Shown in pieces: positions 13,101-26,140 of a DNA stretch of 64,000 bases (its first letter is position 1; every line of letters begins with the position of its first letter). Source of the DNA: Podarcis liolepis. Its lineage: Eukaryota. Location: NCBI GenBank assembly GCA_965112155.1, contig OZ218107.1; one strand, 5' to 3'. Under the pieces are notes generated by a model, which did no database searches, was not told the origin of the DNA, and saw nothing but the letters and a program-made list of their open reading frames with translations. Made by a program: the position numbers and the translations under genes.

Positions 13101-16100
13101 AATTAATGATTGCCACCAATTGCTCCTCTATTACACTGAACCATGGAGTGTGAATCTATTATCCATTTTGCGTGATTTCCTCATTAATCTTTCATCTTGT
13201 TGTTGATGATAAGAGGTCATCAGTACTAATAAATGTTAATCCCAATGCCCTAAGAAATCTTTGTGGATTTTGGTTTAAATAATGAGCGCAAATGGGTGAA
13301 GAACTTTTCCCTTCAGATGAGCAAATAAGAAAATGAGAAATTAGAAAAATTTAAACATAGACTATATGTTTTGAGTTGAATACTTATTTTATTAAATGAT
13401 GCTAGTCAGAAACAGTGAGCTCATTGAACTGCAACTGTGCTCAACTTATGACTGTGCTTGTACAGTTTATTCATATCTACTGAAGGAAAAACTGAAGTAA
13501 ATACTTGCTTTGGTATTTAGATACATGGTTACAGCAGAAAAATATATATATATAAATATGTAAAAGGTTTTGGAGTAAAGTAGGGGGTGGATATCTAACG
13601 TGTGTACAAGACCACTTGCTCCAAAATAAGTAAATAGATTTGGATTTAGAAGTGGGTATGATTTGCCATAGTCCTCATTATTTTCCTGCTGTTTCTGCTT
13701 CATTGCCTGATCTCTCATAGTTTACAAGCAACATACCACATCTACTTTATCTATTACTTGAATCTTGTAAGTTCCATCAAAAGAAGTAACAATGACATCA
13801 ATTTCTTTTTGTCTTTTTCATCTAATATTTTCTTATCACTCAGTTTTAATAGCATAAGCATCAACCAGATTTCTTTAGTCATTTGGACAACTGTTTGATC
13901 ATTCTTGAACATTCTTGACACTGTGAGTAGTAGAAATGTGTTGAAGCAGTTAAAATAAGTATTTGTTTTCTGTTTAACCTTGTCAAGTTGGAATAACCCC
14001 AAATATTGGTTATAAAGCAGGTCATTAAATTGATGGATGTCCTGCTATATTTCTCTGGGTTTTTTCCCCTGGCAGCTAGGCTTCATTTAATTTTTAAACT
14101 TCTTGTCATTGCACAAAATGAATTCTGGCAATATGGTGTAAATTATTCCAGTTTATAAAACTTCCCATGAGCAAACACTTTAATGAGTTATATTTACTGG
14201 CCCACCTTGTGTATGAAAGTTCAGAAGTTACTCAGAATTTTCTGATGCAACAAAAATATCATGGGTTCGGGCTAGATTTCACCTCTAGTCATCAGAAAGG
14301 CTCTTATTTATAGAAGGCTTTTGATTCAGTAGAGTGGTGTGTATGTGTGTGTGTCTGTGTGTGAAATTTGCTGATCCCGTACTCTCTAACACTGTTCTAT
14401 GGCACCTAACCCTCTGGAACAGCATGGGAGGTGGTTCTGTGACTCCAGAGGGAAGGGCAAAAGTTATATACCACCTCTGTACCAGCAGGAACATCTGCAG
14501 AGAGGAACTCTACTTAGATCATGCTCCCAGTAGTTGAGATATGCCCCCTTTAGCATTGTATTGACATTGTGTTTTTAAAAGAAAGTTTATTTATAAGTAT
14601 AATTTATGCAAGTCAGACAGGAAGCCAAATTGTAAAATTTCATTCACTGAAGTTCTTGCTTAAAATTGTTCTCTAATGGTAGACTCCAGTCACATTTGAG
14701 GGCATATTAGAGTTTTGAAAAAGAACATGTAGAATAAAAAAATAGTGCTGTCTTTTTTAGTTTGGCAAATGCTAAGCTTGTGAAGATTTGCATACTTTGC
14801 CTTCATCAGTTTTTGCCTGCATTGCATGGTTGTTGTTTTTCCAGTAATCTCACTTCTGAACAAATCACCAGTTAGGAGAAATAGAATTCACTATCTGTAG
14901 ACACTTTTTTTGCCACTTTCTTTCTAGCTTCCATTTTTGTAAAAAGCAGCAGCAGCAGCAAGCAACAGAATAATAATTTGGGGGGAAATTAAAAGCAAGT
15001 TTGAAAAATTAAATGAAAATATCAATCTTTTTTAAAAGGTTCTCTCAAAGCTGAATTTCAGAAATGGAGTTCAAAAATCTTTGAAAATGCTGGAATATTG
15101 CTGAATTTTGGATTTTACAAATTGAATTTGACTTCTGCTCTAGTATAAAGTTTTGAGCCAATAGAATTTCCATATTAAGCATCCATGAGAAAAAGCAACG
15201 CAAGTAAAAGGGAAATGGAAGGTGCAAAAACCTAATCATGTCAAGTAAAAACAGAATAAAGGCTATTCTTTCAGGGGTTTGAACCACATTACCATTGGGG
15301 TCCCTTCAGACTCTATAATTCAATGATCCTACAATTCAATGATCCTACAAATTATCATTATTATTATTATTTCCTTTGTGCTTATGTTTGGTGGGGTAGG
15401 GAGCTGGATCCAACCGGCTGCCAAATTCTGACTTCTCCAAACCCACCTGATGTTTTACGACCACTACCTCTATCATGGTATCAGGTGAAGTGTTTTCATT
15501 TGCCCTTACAGTTTGAAATCAAGCAGCACAGGCAGAGGAAAAGGGTTTTGCACGTGCTGCTGACCAGTACCTGTGAACTGTGCTTTCGGTGAAGAGCTGC
15601 ATCTTTACATGCCTGCAAGTGAAATCATATATGATGTTAGGTGTAGGGCATGGGTTGGGGGAAATGGCCTTTGTGATTAACTAGACCAATGGGTAGAATA
15701 TTCTGCACCTCTGCTTTAAATAGAAAGATTAGTTCAAGAGTCACTGATACTATTGCACAGCCATGATAATCCATGAAGCTATATTCTATTCAAGGGGTAT
15801 AGGAGCTCATTCACCATTCAGTCAGACTGAGAGGTGCATGTTTTATGCACTGCTCCTGTAGATAATTCACTACTAGTTCATGTGAACACAATTAAAGGGG
15901 CTAGATTATTTTGTGGTAATGCCATATCTCTGTTGTTAGCGTTCAGAGTTATGAATAGTTCTGCTTAATTTTGCATTGTTTCACATGTTAATTTTAAGTA
16001 AATAGATAATTAAGATGTGAAGAGTGCTTTGGCCTATTCTATCACTGTCTTGTTTTGTTTCATTAAAAATTGCCTTATTTCAATCCTTTTAAGATTGTGG

Positions 16101-16144
16101 TGATAAAAGAGGTAATTCAATTGGCATATATTCTGTCAACTCTA

Positions 16145-16230
16145 CTAAAGTGGTGCTTCAGCTTAAGAACAGTTTCAGGTTAAGAACGGACCTCCGGAAC
16201 GAATTAAGTATTTAACCCGAGGTACCACTG
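16145..16230 (-). mobile_element. Truncated copy of the 50674 MITE
   Basis: Reverse complement of 50674-50760; one TIR plus TA. Confidence 0.8.
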
Positions 16231-16294
16231 TACAAATACTGGAATCAACAGGAATGTTGTTCCACAAAATGGGGGCTGTCACACTGAAAGCCTG

Positions 16295-17050
16295 TTGCGT
16301 GGCGATTCCCGTCCCCTCCCACAGATGGAGTAAATAAAGACACCGGACACCAGAATTTAGGTTAATGGGCGAAAAATGGCCACAACTTTATTGATTACAG
16401 GTAAGAGTGGTATTGGCTTTAGGCATTGGTCCTAACAGACTATCCGGTCTAACCGGGAAGGGTTAAGCACCAACAGGGGGAGCCCCCGAGATGCACATCC
16501 CTAAGCGCTCCCCAAGGGGTTACCGCTCGGGAGCGCGCTTTAGGCCCTAGCCTCAGTAGGTTTCGGACGAGGCAACGCCCCCTGGAGTCCTTTAATGAAC
16601 TACCCTTCAAGATTTGGGGGAGGTGATGGCGTTCCTCTCCCCTGACTTCATTTGCATAACAATGCCCCTGTCAATGCCTACCGCCAAAACCGAGGAGTTG
16701 TGACGTTTTGTGACGAGGTAGGCGAAAAACCAAGTGACTTCTAAAATCCAGCCAATTAGCCAAATGGAAAAACTCCTACCAGGCCCCTTGCGGCGACCAG
16801 CCGAAGCCCATAGCAAAGTCCGAATGCAAACCTAGAGGGCGGGTGGGTGGGAAACTGTAGCTGCTGTAAGGAGAGAAAAGGGGTCAGCCAGGGCTGCCCC
16901 GACCTTAAATGCCCTTTAGTAACCCCGCCCCTACCGCCAGCCGATTGGCTGGCGCTGTGGGTAATGACTATTCATGAGAATGGGAATCCCTGAGTCCTGC
17001 GGGGCTGGCGCCAGCCCCGCAAGAATGTAAATGGGGGCGTGAGCCAGCAA
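16295..17050 (-). mobile_element. ~750-bp LTR-like repeat, copy A (possibly DIRS/Ngaro-derived)
   Basis: CpG-rich; on the minus strand: TTGC start, CCAAT (16944-48), GC box, ATTTAA, ENE-like motif, AATAAAGTTGTGGCC (16387-92), CACGCAA end; colinear homology with 45744-46753; no TSD seen. Confidence 0.8.
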
Positions 17051-17436
17051 CCCCCCCTCCTTAGGTCGGGAGTGGCTTTGTCCGTAAAGAAAACCCAACA
17101 CATGATCTCTTGCTCATATATAGGGGCTCTGCATGATGGAGGCATCTTCATGTATCATAATCATGGCAGAGGCCCTACTCAAAAGCAGGAGCTTGCTCAT
17201 TGCAGTTTCTTTACAGACAACTGTGCACAATGTGCTGTGGTTGGAGGAAGAAGAAGGCATCACATCAGGGAAAGGGCTGAAAGTGGGACCCCCATCCAAG
17301 AGGCAACAAAATTATGCCTTAGATGTGAATAATGTATAAATTGGATTTTCTCTCGGTTCTGTTTATAAACCAGTATGAATTCTGTTTCCTCCCTATTAAC
17401 ATTGCTTCATGAATTGATGATCCATTTCTGGTGCAG

Positions 17437-17610
17437 GTACTTGGAACTAGAAAGCAGCGGCCATAGAAATGAAATTAGATTGCACTACCGTTCAGGAAGC
17501 CATCGCTCACATACTGAAGTGTTTCCTTACATATTGGCAGACGACAAGTGGCACAGGCTCTCTTTAGCAATCAGTGCATCACACCTCATTTTGCATGTAG
17601 ACTGCAATAA
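17437..17610 (+). CDS. NELL2: NELL2 exon 4 equivalent, LamG/TSPN
   Basis: tgcag|...|gtaagt; YLELESSGHRNEIRLHYRSGSHRSHTEVFPYILADDKWHRLSLAISASHLILHVDCN(K); 174 bp, phase compatible with neighbours. Confidence 0.98.
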
Positions 17611-17734
17611 GTAAGTGAAGAGTTTGTGTTTCAATTACTTGAAACTGCTGCAGCATTTTAGATCATCACTGGATAGTATGAAAGTAATTTCTTTTTCTTT
17701 TTTACTTTGCTCCTGTTCTCTCATTTAAAAACAG

Positions 17735-17831
17735 AATTTATGAGAGAGTGGTGGAAAAGCCTTATCTGGATTTACCTGTTGGCACAACCTTTTGGTTGGG
17801 ACAAAGGAATAGTGCACATGGTTACTTCAAG
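17735..17831 (+). CDS. NELL2: NELL2 exon 5 equivalent
   Basis: acag|...|gtatgt; IYERVVEKPYLDLPVGTTFWLGQRNSAHGYFK; 97 bp; preceded by a 124-bp intron. Confidence 0.97.
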
Positions 17832-18477
17832 GTATGTTTTCCTCCATATACATATATATTTAATTTTAAAGTTAGGATCTTCTACAAAGATTGTAGAAGT
17901 TATCTCAAATGAATGTGAACTTGGGGCACTCGTATTTCTGATTTCAAGATTTGTGCTACACTTCATTTGAACTGGCTGATCATTCAGTTACATTTTGGGG
18001 GTTCCATATCAGGCCAAAGAGTGCATTTGTAGCTTTATTGCTCAAATCAGTACTTGAAAACTATGTTTTTGTTTGTTTGTTTACTAGTGCACTGGTGGTG
18101 TTTGTGTTAAATAAGAATTGTTAACATTTTATTTTCCTCTCTGCAAATGTAATATAATGACTGCCAAACATCAATGAGCCCGACCTGGAACTAAAAGTAA
18201 TTTATTTGGCCAGAAAAACAGTACTTTTGGCAATAGCGTGTATTCAGTGTTGATTGGTTTCACATCTATGCAGCCGTGTGAATATAAGCAATGCAAGAAC
18301 TAAGATAACATATTGAGTCAGGTCAACAAAATCTAATATGGCATTTTGTATCTGATAATGTGACCAATACAGAAGGGTCAAGGAATATAGAAGAAAGAAG
18401 GACAGAACAGGGGAATTTGGAAACTTTTTTTTTTTTAATGCTGTACTTCTGTAATGAAAACACTTTTCTCTAATGCA

Positions 18478-18849
18478 TAGGCTCTAGGCACTCATTACTC
18501 AGATGTAAGGCATACTCAAGTACAGAATGGGGTATGGCTGCTATTTTAGCAACCCCCACTTTTAAACAATTGCCCACAGAGCACAATTGTCTGTATAAAA
18601 AGGCCAAAGTTTGTCTCCTTGTACGTATGCAATCAGCATGATTGGAATACCTGCACAACCAGGTGTCTTCTATCTGGTAGAAGGTGCTCATGCAGTTGCC
18701 TTCCTATGCAAACAACCATGTTCAGTGCATGGCTTAAAAACAAACAAACCCCCAAACTCCCTGACATCAAGTGGGGCTAAAAATGCAGCCCTTTTCCATT
18801 CTGTGTTTGAGTATGCCTTACACCTGAATAATGTGTGTATAGGACTGTA
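18478..18849. mobile_element. ~370-bp foldback (long imperfect inverted repeat) MITE
   Basis: GTAAGGCATACTCAAGTACAGAATGG pairs with CCATTCTGTGTTTGAGTATGCCTTAC; two opposite-strand ORFs give near-identical peptides. Confidence 0.75.
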
Positions 18850-21800
18850 GATCATTCTGCATGTTGAACAGAGGAAAGATGCTGATTGGAGTAGCACATG
18901 AAGAGATTGTTGGTTACATCTGGGCATATTTTGAGCCTACAGCTTTCTGTGCAAGAAGCACCATTATTGGCTTTCATATGTTGCTTTGAGAGTAGTACCA
19001 TAGCCTACATGAAGTGCACTTAATTACTTAATTAATTGACTGCCCTTCACCAACAATTATCCCAGGTTGGCATACAATATTTACAGTAGCATGGCATTAT
19101 CATCACAAAACAATACATTAAAATGAAAAACAATTGAAAATCATTAAAACACACCAGCAGTCCAAACAGCAGCTCAGGACCTGATCAATTCAGTTTATTT
19201 CCAAATGCTTTCACAAATAAATATGTACTCAGACTGGGCAGAAACCAACCATTCATGAGGCAAGCTGAAGGCATTTCAGTGGAATGCCAATGCTGAGAGT
19301 GCTCTGATAGGACTCACCATCACATTCAAATTTTGGGTTCCTCAGAATTCTTCTTCAGACTAGATGTTAAGCGAAGGAGGAAAAGAGTAAACAGGATGGG
19401 GAAAGCTCCAGACCTGTAGACATCCAGAATTTGTTCTTGTTTTTCCTTAAAGGGTTACTTAGGTTGCAAACCTTAGGACACCGTATTATACAGAAGATTA
19501 ATTGGACTTACTTCAAAGTACATTTACTTTGGCTTCTGCTGCAATTTGCTCAAGGCACAGCTGCTGGCAAGGCAACTGATATTGTTGGGTTATTTTATTA
19601 TTATTTTAATTATTTTTCAAATTTCTCAGTTTAGAGATCTGCTCCAAAATAAGTGTAGATTAAATCATGATGGTGAGGTTACCAGCAAGGCCCCCACTAC
19701 AGATGGCAGATTCCAGGAGAAGTATTTGGTAGGGCTGTGCATGGAACCCTGACCCCATTTGTGGCTAATAGATTAGGGAGACAGGAATAAAACCAGCTAT
19801 TTGGCAGCTTCACTCATTCATAATTAGCTTCCAAGCCCAGTTCAAGACTCTGGTTCTGACTTTTAAAGTCTTTCATGCTCTGGGTATTATCTCCTTGAGA
19901 GAGCACCATTCCTTTATAAGCTCTTTATAAACTATTGAGAAAATATGCATGGACATTGTGCTTCTAAAGCAATCCACCCTAAGTAAACTAGATTATTTCC
20001 AGTTTGCATATTTTCATCTCTTAGCAAGCCTTCTGCTACACTAAACCTTGAAAATGTCATTATCTGTATTATTAGTCATTCTTTCAGAACTGGGCAGACT
20101 GAATATGAATATTCATAATGTATTTGGGAAGTGCTTATCCTCATAGGCTTTCCACCTTCTTCAGGTGGGTTCTTCCTCCACCATGGACAGTAGGCAGGCA
20201 CAAGTGATTGAGGGCTTGCTCACACTTCTGCTTGTCCCACCTCCCCCCCCCCACTCCCCTTTTACTGCTGAATTGGAGCAAATCCCAATCGGGTTTTTCC
20301 ACAGATTGACGGTTGCTCAGATTCAGCAGTAAAGAGTGGGTTTCCCCAGGGAAAGTGGTGGGGCAAACCAAAAATCTCTTGGACTCGTGCTTTCTAGGCA
20401 TGGGATGAGCCAGGACTGCAAAGGAACAGTAATTCCAGCTCCAAAAGAATATCTCAAAGTTGCTGCAGTTAAAAAGCTTTCCATTTCTCCAGTTGTATTA
20501 CTGTTTGAGAGCAATTGAACTGGGAACATAAGCTTTTAAGTTTGCCTTTCTATTTCCTTCTGGATCTTTTTCTTTGTTTTCAATTTTTTAGCACACTCTA
20601 GTGGCCAGAGATTAAAAATATTCCATTGAGAGAAATGCGACTACAGAGGGTTAGAGACAAGAAGGCTGAAGGCAGCAGCTTTCTCCTTTCATTGGGTTGG
20701 ACTTGATGTAAGACACTAGAAGCTTTCTCCACTGCACAGAACCAGGAGAGCATTCACCTTGCCTTTCTGCAGAATAGGAAACAGTGTTCAGAGGGAGGAA
20801 ACACAATAAATATCTAAATGGATTTTTCTTTTCACTGGAAATTCTGAGTATAAACTTATTGGCTGTATCAGGAGAATATGGTCTGTTCATTGCCTTTGGA
20901 GGAAGGACTGTTCTTCGTCAGTATCCTTTGAACTGGAATTGCAAGGCCTACATGATAGCCAGGGTCTGCCACGTCCAGAGCAAGTTAATTGATAGTATTG
21001 ATTGAACTTCCTTTGGCACACTTATGGGTTGCCTTTGACAAGAAGAGATGAAAATACTAAGAAACCAGAAGAATGATTTATGTCTAGGAATTGATTCACC
21101 GCTGGCTTACTTGGGGAAAGGGTTCATTGGTTAGGCTATTATTGTTCTGCCCAGAGAAATGGAAAAAAACACTTCTTACTGGGTTCGCCTCTGGGTTCTT
21201 CACTCCCCTAGGGATGCAATACTATGTTCATCTGGAAATATATAGAAGTTAATTTTGTATGGCCACATTTGAGTACATAGTGACCTTTGCTCCTCTGCTG
21301 GATTACCTGCATATTTTAAAGGCGTAAAAAGTAGCTGAGTGAATTCGCCCTTGAGTCATGGCCCTCATACACTTAACTGCCCGGTCCAACACTCTGGTCA
21401 CAGTTTTTGTTTCTTTCCATTTCACTTCTATACCTCATTGTTCTGGTTTTTCCATACATGGATATTTCTTTCTCCTAGAACTAAAGCCTTGGGCTTTTAT
21501 TTGTTCCTTCTTGATAAACACCAAATTTCACAGATAAAAGCAATGAACATGAAGAGTTTTGTTTTGCTTTGAAGAAAGGGATCTGGGCTGAAATGATAGA
21601 TTACGTTCACGGAGTTCTGGGATAATATTTTACTATTTTTATGATTATATGCTGTTTTGTGCATGTGAGATTTCTTTTTTAAAAAAGAAATGAGACAGCT
21701 ACTCCTAGCATATATTAAAATAAATCAACAGGCAAACTTGGTAAAGCATATAGGTGTATTAACCATTTAAAATAACAAGTATAGAGGGGTAATGACAATG

Positions 21801-22581
21801 AAAAGATACAGCATAAGTTAAGGTGCCTACTTTTTAGACCTAAATCTCATGCCTCTTTAATGAAATGTCAGATTTTGCAGACTCTATCCCACCCACCCCA
21901 AAACCCAGACAACCTTGTAGAGTGTAGAAAGAATCACGAAACACATATATAGTATGAATTGCACCATCTACTTGCAGTTTTCAGTACCTGCTCGCACAGG
22001 GGTTTTTTTGTAGCTGATTTATGAAGTTTTGCTAACGAGGTCCTTGATGACTTGGTGCACAATCTAACATAAAAACCTCCTGCTTAAACTACATTGACGT
22101 GAATGGAAATTTTGCAGTACAATATCATAGTTGCGACTTGTACTCTTGCTTTTCAAATTTTATTTAAATGAGTATCTTAAAACTCAGTGAAAGTACAAAT
22201 TATTTTAAAATTGTTTTTAAAGGTCACTTGAAAGCTTTCGTTCAGTGACTAAATAAAAGTACCGTAATGGCAAAGTCACGGCAACTAGTCTCTTGCTGCT
22301 TAATTACACCTTGACATTTAATCTTAAGTCTCTGAAAATGGTTGGATGCGTATGTATGTATCAGTGTGTACATGTACAGCTATTTTCTTTCTACTCTACT
22401 CTCCTAATGATACAGTGAAGGAGAGCAAGATATAATAATTTTGTGGAAACTGCTTTTTGTGGGTGAAGTATAACTATTTTGTGTGCTAGAATGTTTCACA
22501 TGGAAATGCTAACTTTCTAATATAATGCCGACAGGCAAAAAATAACATAACCTTTCTCTTCCCCCACCCCCATTTGCGCAG

Positions 22582-22654
22582 GGCATAATGCAAGATGTGC
22601 AATTACTTGTCATGCCTCAAGGATTTATCTCTCAGTGCCCAGATCTTAATCGCA
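22582..22654 (+). CDS. NELL2: NELL2 exon 6 equivalent
   Basis: gcgcag|...|gtaagt; GIMQDVQLLVMPQGFISQCPDLNR(T); 73 bp. Confidence 0.97.
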
Positions 22655-22813
22655 GTAAGTCTGCTACTTCTTCTACCATAAGAAACAATGAGATGCACTA
22701 CTTTGTTTAATATTTATCCTGCAAGATCTCTCTTGAGATTCAATTGATAATCAATGCATTTTGACAGACTTGGCCTAAGTACAATTTGACAAATTTAGTG
22801 TTTGTAATTTCAG

Positions 22814-22896
22814 CATGCCCAACGTGTAATGACTTCCATGGGCTTGTGCAGAAAATTATGGAGTTGCAAGATATTTTAGCCAAAACCTCTGCAAAG
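22814..22896 (+). CDS. NELL2: NELL2 exon 7 equivalent, coiled-coil
   Basis: tttcag|...|gtaaca; CPTCNDFHGLVQKIMELQDILAKTSAK; 83 bp. Confidence 0.97.
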
Positions 22897-23114
22897 GTAA
22901 CAAGTTCTTAGGTTGCTGTTATTTTTGCTTTTTTGTGTGTGGGTTGGGGTAAATTGCTGGAACCATTGCTCTTTTTAGGGACTTGTAAATATGAATGCAC
23001 ATATGTATATTTTTATGGACTCTGGTATAACACTTTGCTTAATTTTTATTTGTTTTTTGAATAAAAAACTGAACCAAAATCAATGAAAAATATCCAGATC
23101 CACTTACAGGAATA

Positions 23115-23333
23115 CAGTGGTACCTCTACTTATGAGCACCTCTGGTTATGTATCCTTCAGGATACACACACGGCAAACCCCGAAGTATTTTTCCGGGTTT
23201 TGCCGCATGCACATGTTCAGAAGCGCTCTACCGCACCATGTGCATGCGCAGAACAGGCACCTCCGGTTGTGAAAACCGTGGGATCCAACCGGAGCTCTGG
23301 AACGGATCCCATCCGCAACCGGAGGTACCAGTG
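23115..23333. mobile_element. Tigger/pogo-like MITE
   Basis: TA|CAGTGGTACCTC ... GAGGTACCAGTG|TA. Confidence 0.85.
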
Positions 23334-23784
23334 TATGAAGATTTGTTGTTGAGGTTACCTATGGCTGTTAGATTAATATAATTCTAGTTACTGTCTTATG
23401 TATGTTGCTAGCATTGCCAAGTCAATGGCATTTAATGAAACAAGAAACACTTTCAGTATCAAATGTCTTGGAGTTAGTAATTTACTTTATAATTCTTGAT
23501 TAAGGCAAATGCAATATTAGTATTAGTATTATAACATGGGACATGCGCAAAACATTTTCAAGGTGCTCCTGAAACCCTTTGACCTTCTTATATTTTTAGT
23601 GCGCAAAACAGCATTCCTGGATGTTGTGTCTATGTTGATGTGATAATAATTTTACTACACATGAAATACCTGCAACCACTTAATTATGTACTGAAAATTA
23701 TACATCAAAAGTTTGCTAAGGGCAAAAAGTTTCATTGTGGAGGAAAATTCCTGCTAAAAGTTTTAAAATGAATAAGCGCATATC

Positions 23785-23832
<48 letters not shown>
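23785..23832. repeat. (AAT)n microsatellite
   Basis: Directly visible. Confidence 0.95.
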
Positions 23833-23833
<1 letters not shown>

Positions 23834-23879
23834 TAATATTAGAGTGTAGGGATTGTCATCACCTCAGGAATGTACAACA

Positions 23880-24090
23880 TTATGGTGCAGTGGTTAGAAT
23901 GTTGGACTAGGACCCGGTAAGTCAGGGTGCAAATTCTCACTCAGTCATGAAGCTCATTGGGTAACCTTAGTCCATTCAGTGTCTCAGCTTAACCCACCTC
24001 ACAGCTTTGTTGTGAGGATAAAATGGGAGCTAAGGGAACAATGTGTGCCACCTTTAGATTCTTGGAGGAAAGGCGGAATAGAAATGTATT
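23880..24090 (+). mobile_element. tRNA-derived CORE-type SINE, older
   Basis: TGGTGCAGTGGTTAG A-box, GGGTAACCTT...CTCAGC..CCTCACAG..TTGTTGTGAGGATAAAATGG core. Confidence 0.7.
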
Positions 24091-24091
24091 G

Positions 24092-24095
<4 letters not shown>

Positions 24096-24136
<41 letters not shown>
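24096..24136. repeat. (TA)n microsatellite
   Basis: Directly visible. Confidence 0.95.
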
Positions 24137-24139
<3 letters not shown>

Positions 24140-24141
<2 letters not shown>

Positions 24142-24370
24142 CTTGTGGGATCTGGCCAATGGCCCATGGTGTTCAGCATCTGTGATATCCTGTTCTCACA
24201 GTGGCCAAACAGATGCCTGTGTGAAACATGCCAGCAAGATCTGAGAACAAAACCAGACTCCCCTCCTGTGTTTTCCAGCAACTAGTGTTCAGAAACGCAT
24301 TGCCTCTGACCATGGAGGCAGAGCATAATCTACATTATGCCTAGTAGCAAGGGATAGACTTATCCTCTAT
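24140..24370 (-). mobile_element. CR1-like LINE 3' end
   Basis: CCTGTTCTCACAGTGGCCAAACAGATGCC.. is the reverse complement of the 61780-61815 region. Confidence 0.6.
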
Positions 24371-24622
24371 GATATTTACACTTAAGTTCACTCTAGGCAA
24401 TCACACCCGCAATGCCAGAACAGTGAATATATCTCAAACTAACATTGATCACCACAAGCACTATGCATTAAAAACCAATTGCCACATATGGCTCTGGGTT
24501 ACTAATTATCATCAACACAATCTATTTATTATCTGTAATCTTCTGAATGCATTCAAATAAAAAACACACATGTGGAGCAATCCTATTCTCAAAGGAAGTA
24601 TTTTCCATAGAAGAGATCTGTA

Positions 24623-24957
24623 CAGTGGTGCCTCGCAAGACGAAATTAATCCGTTCCGCAAGTCTCTTCGTCTAGCGGTTTTTTCGTCTTGCGAAACAAC
24701 CCTATTAGCGGCTTAGGGAATTAGCGGTTTAGCAGCTATTAAAGGCTTAGCAGCTTAGCAGCTAAAAGGCTATTAGCGGCTTAGCGGCTTAGAAAAAGGG
24801 GGGGAGCGGAAAAAATCGCAAAACTCGCAAGACTTTTTCGTTTTGCGAAGCAAGCTCATAGGGAAATTCGTCTTGCAAAGCGCATCGAAAAACGGAAAAC
24901 CCTTTCCTCTAGCGGGTTTTTCGTCTTGCGAGGCATTCGTCTTGCGGGGCACTACTG
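24623..24957 (+). mobile_element. Tc1/mariner-pogo (Tigger-like) MITE
   Basis: TA TSD; TIR CAGTGGTGCCTCGCAAGACGAA; internal TTAGCGGC repeats. Confidence 0.9.
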
Positions 24958-25284
24958 TATGCTCATTCCATAGATAGTTCCATTGGAATTAATGGGGCAG
25001 CCCATAAGCACAAGAGATATAAATGCACACATTTATATCTAGACTGAGCCATAAAACACCCAGTCATTCTTACAGCCTTATTCTGAGTTGTTAAGATGAG
25101 ATGAATTATATTCAAACTTTGCATTTTTGTTCATAAGTGCCTAGATATTTGTTTCCATATTTCACAATTTCCTTTTTTTGACTTCAGTAGTGCTTGATGC
25201 TACAGAATGGCTTAAATTGTTGTTATAGTTTTAGGTAAGCCTTTTCACAGTTAACATGTCCCTCTCTGTGCAACATGTACCTAG

Positions 25285-25413
25285 TTGTCCCGAGCTGAGC
25301 AGAGGATGAATAGGTTGGATCAGTGCTATTGTGAAAGAACCTGCACTATGAAGGGTGCAACCTACAGGGAATTTGAATCATGGACAGATGGCTGTAAGAA
25401 CTGCACTTGCATG
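25285..25413 (+). CDS. NELL2: NELL2 exon 8 equivalent, coiled-coil end and VWC1 start
   Basis: cctag|...|gtatgg; LSRAEQRMNRLDQCYCERTCTMKGATYREFESWTDGCKNCTCM; 129 bp. Confidence 0.97.
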
Positions 25414-26140
25414 GTATGGCTGTAAATTGCATAGAAATTCAGGGACCTGGTTATGTAGCCTGCTGAAAATGTTTATGCATTTTAGACATGAAAAGCTGTC
25501 AGATTAAAAATAAATTTGTGTTGGAATGAATTTACTTACCTACATTGTTCTTTATGCATTATGTTGCATTTTCTGTAGAAAAATCTGGCTCTTGCCTATG
25601 TGGGGGGTGGGGGTGAGCTGTTATGGCCAGTGTTGGCAGGTGAAAGGAAGAGTTATGAAGGAAGATTGGCATGGCCAGGCATATCTTGTCTCTGACTGAT
25701 GTTACACTGTACAGTGGGCTCAAGGCTCAGGTTGTGGCACAATCCAATAGGAAAGCCTATTGCCCATTAGTCTGCTAGGGCTATAATGAGGGGCCCTTGA
25801 AAAGGACTCAAATGTGTTCAACTAGGTTAAATTTATATGGGACAAAATGAGTTTATATATCATGGCTCCGGTGCAAAAGAAATACATAAACTAGGTTCTT
25901 TGGATCAGGTAGAAAAGTACATATCTACTTCTGAAGTATAGCGTGCCTGTTTTTAGGGTTCTTTTTTGTTTAATAAAAACATATTTCTGGAAAAGAAACC
26001 TCTCATCCAGTTTCGAGCAATTAAAGTATTTGGAAACAGTAAAAAAATGCAGGATGAAGCAGGTATCAAACTTCAGAGAAAGTGGTATATAAATGTGATG
26101 TTGAAGTGCAGTACATTAACCACAATACAAAGCTCTATGC

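Noticed and set aside
24700-24795. TTAGCGGC tandem repeats as a CRISPR-like or telomeric array
   Set aside because: No spacers, not TTAGGG, internal to a MITE, eukaryotic context
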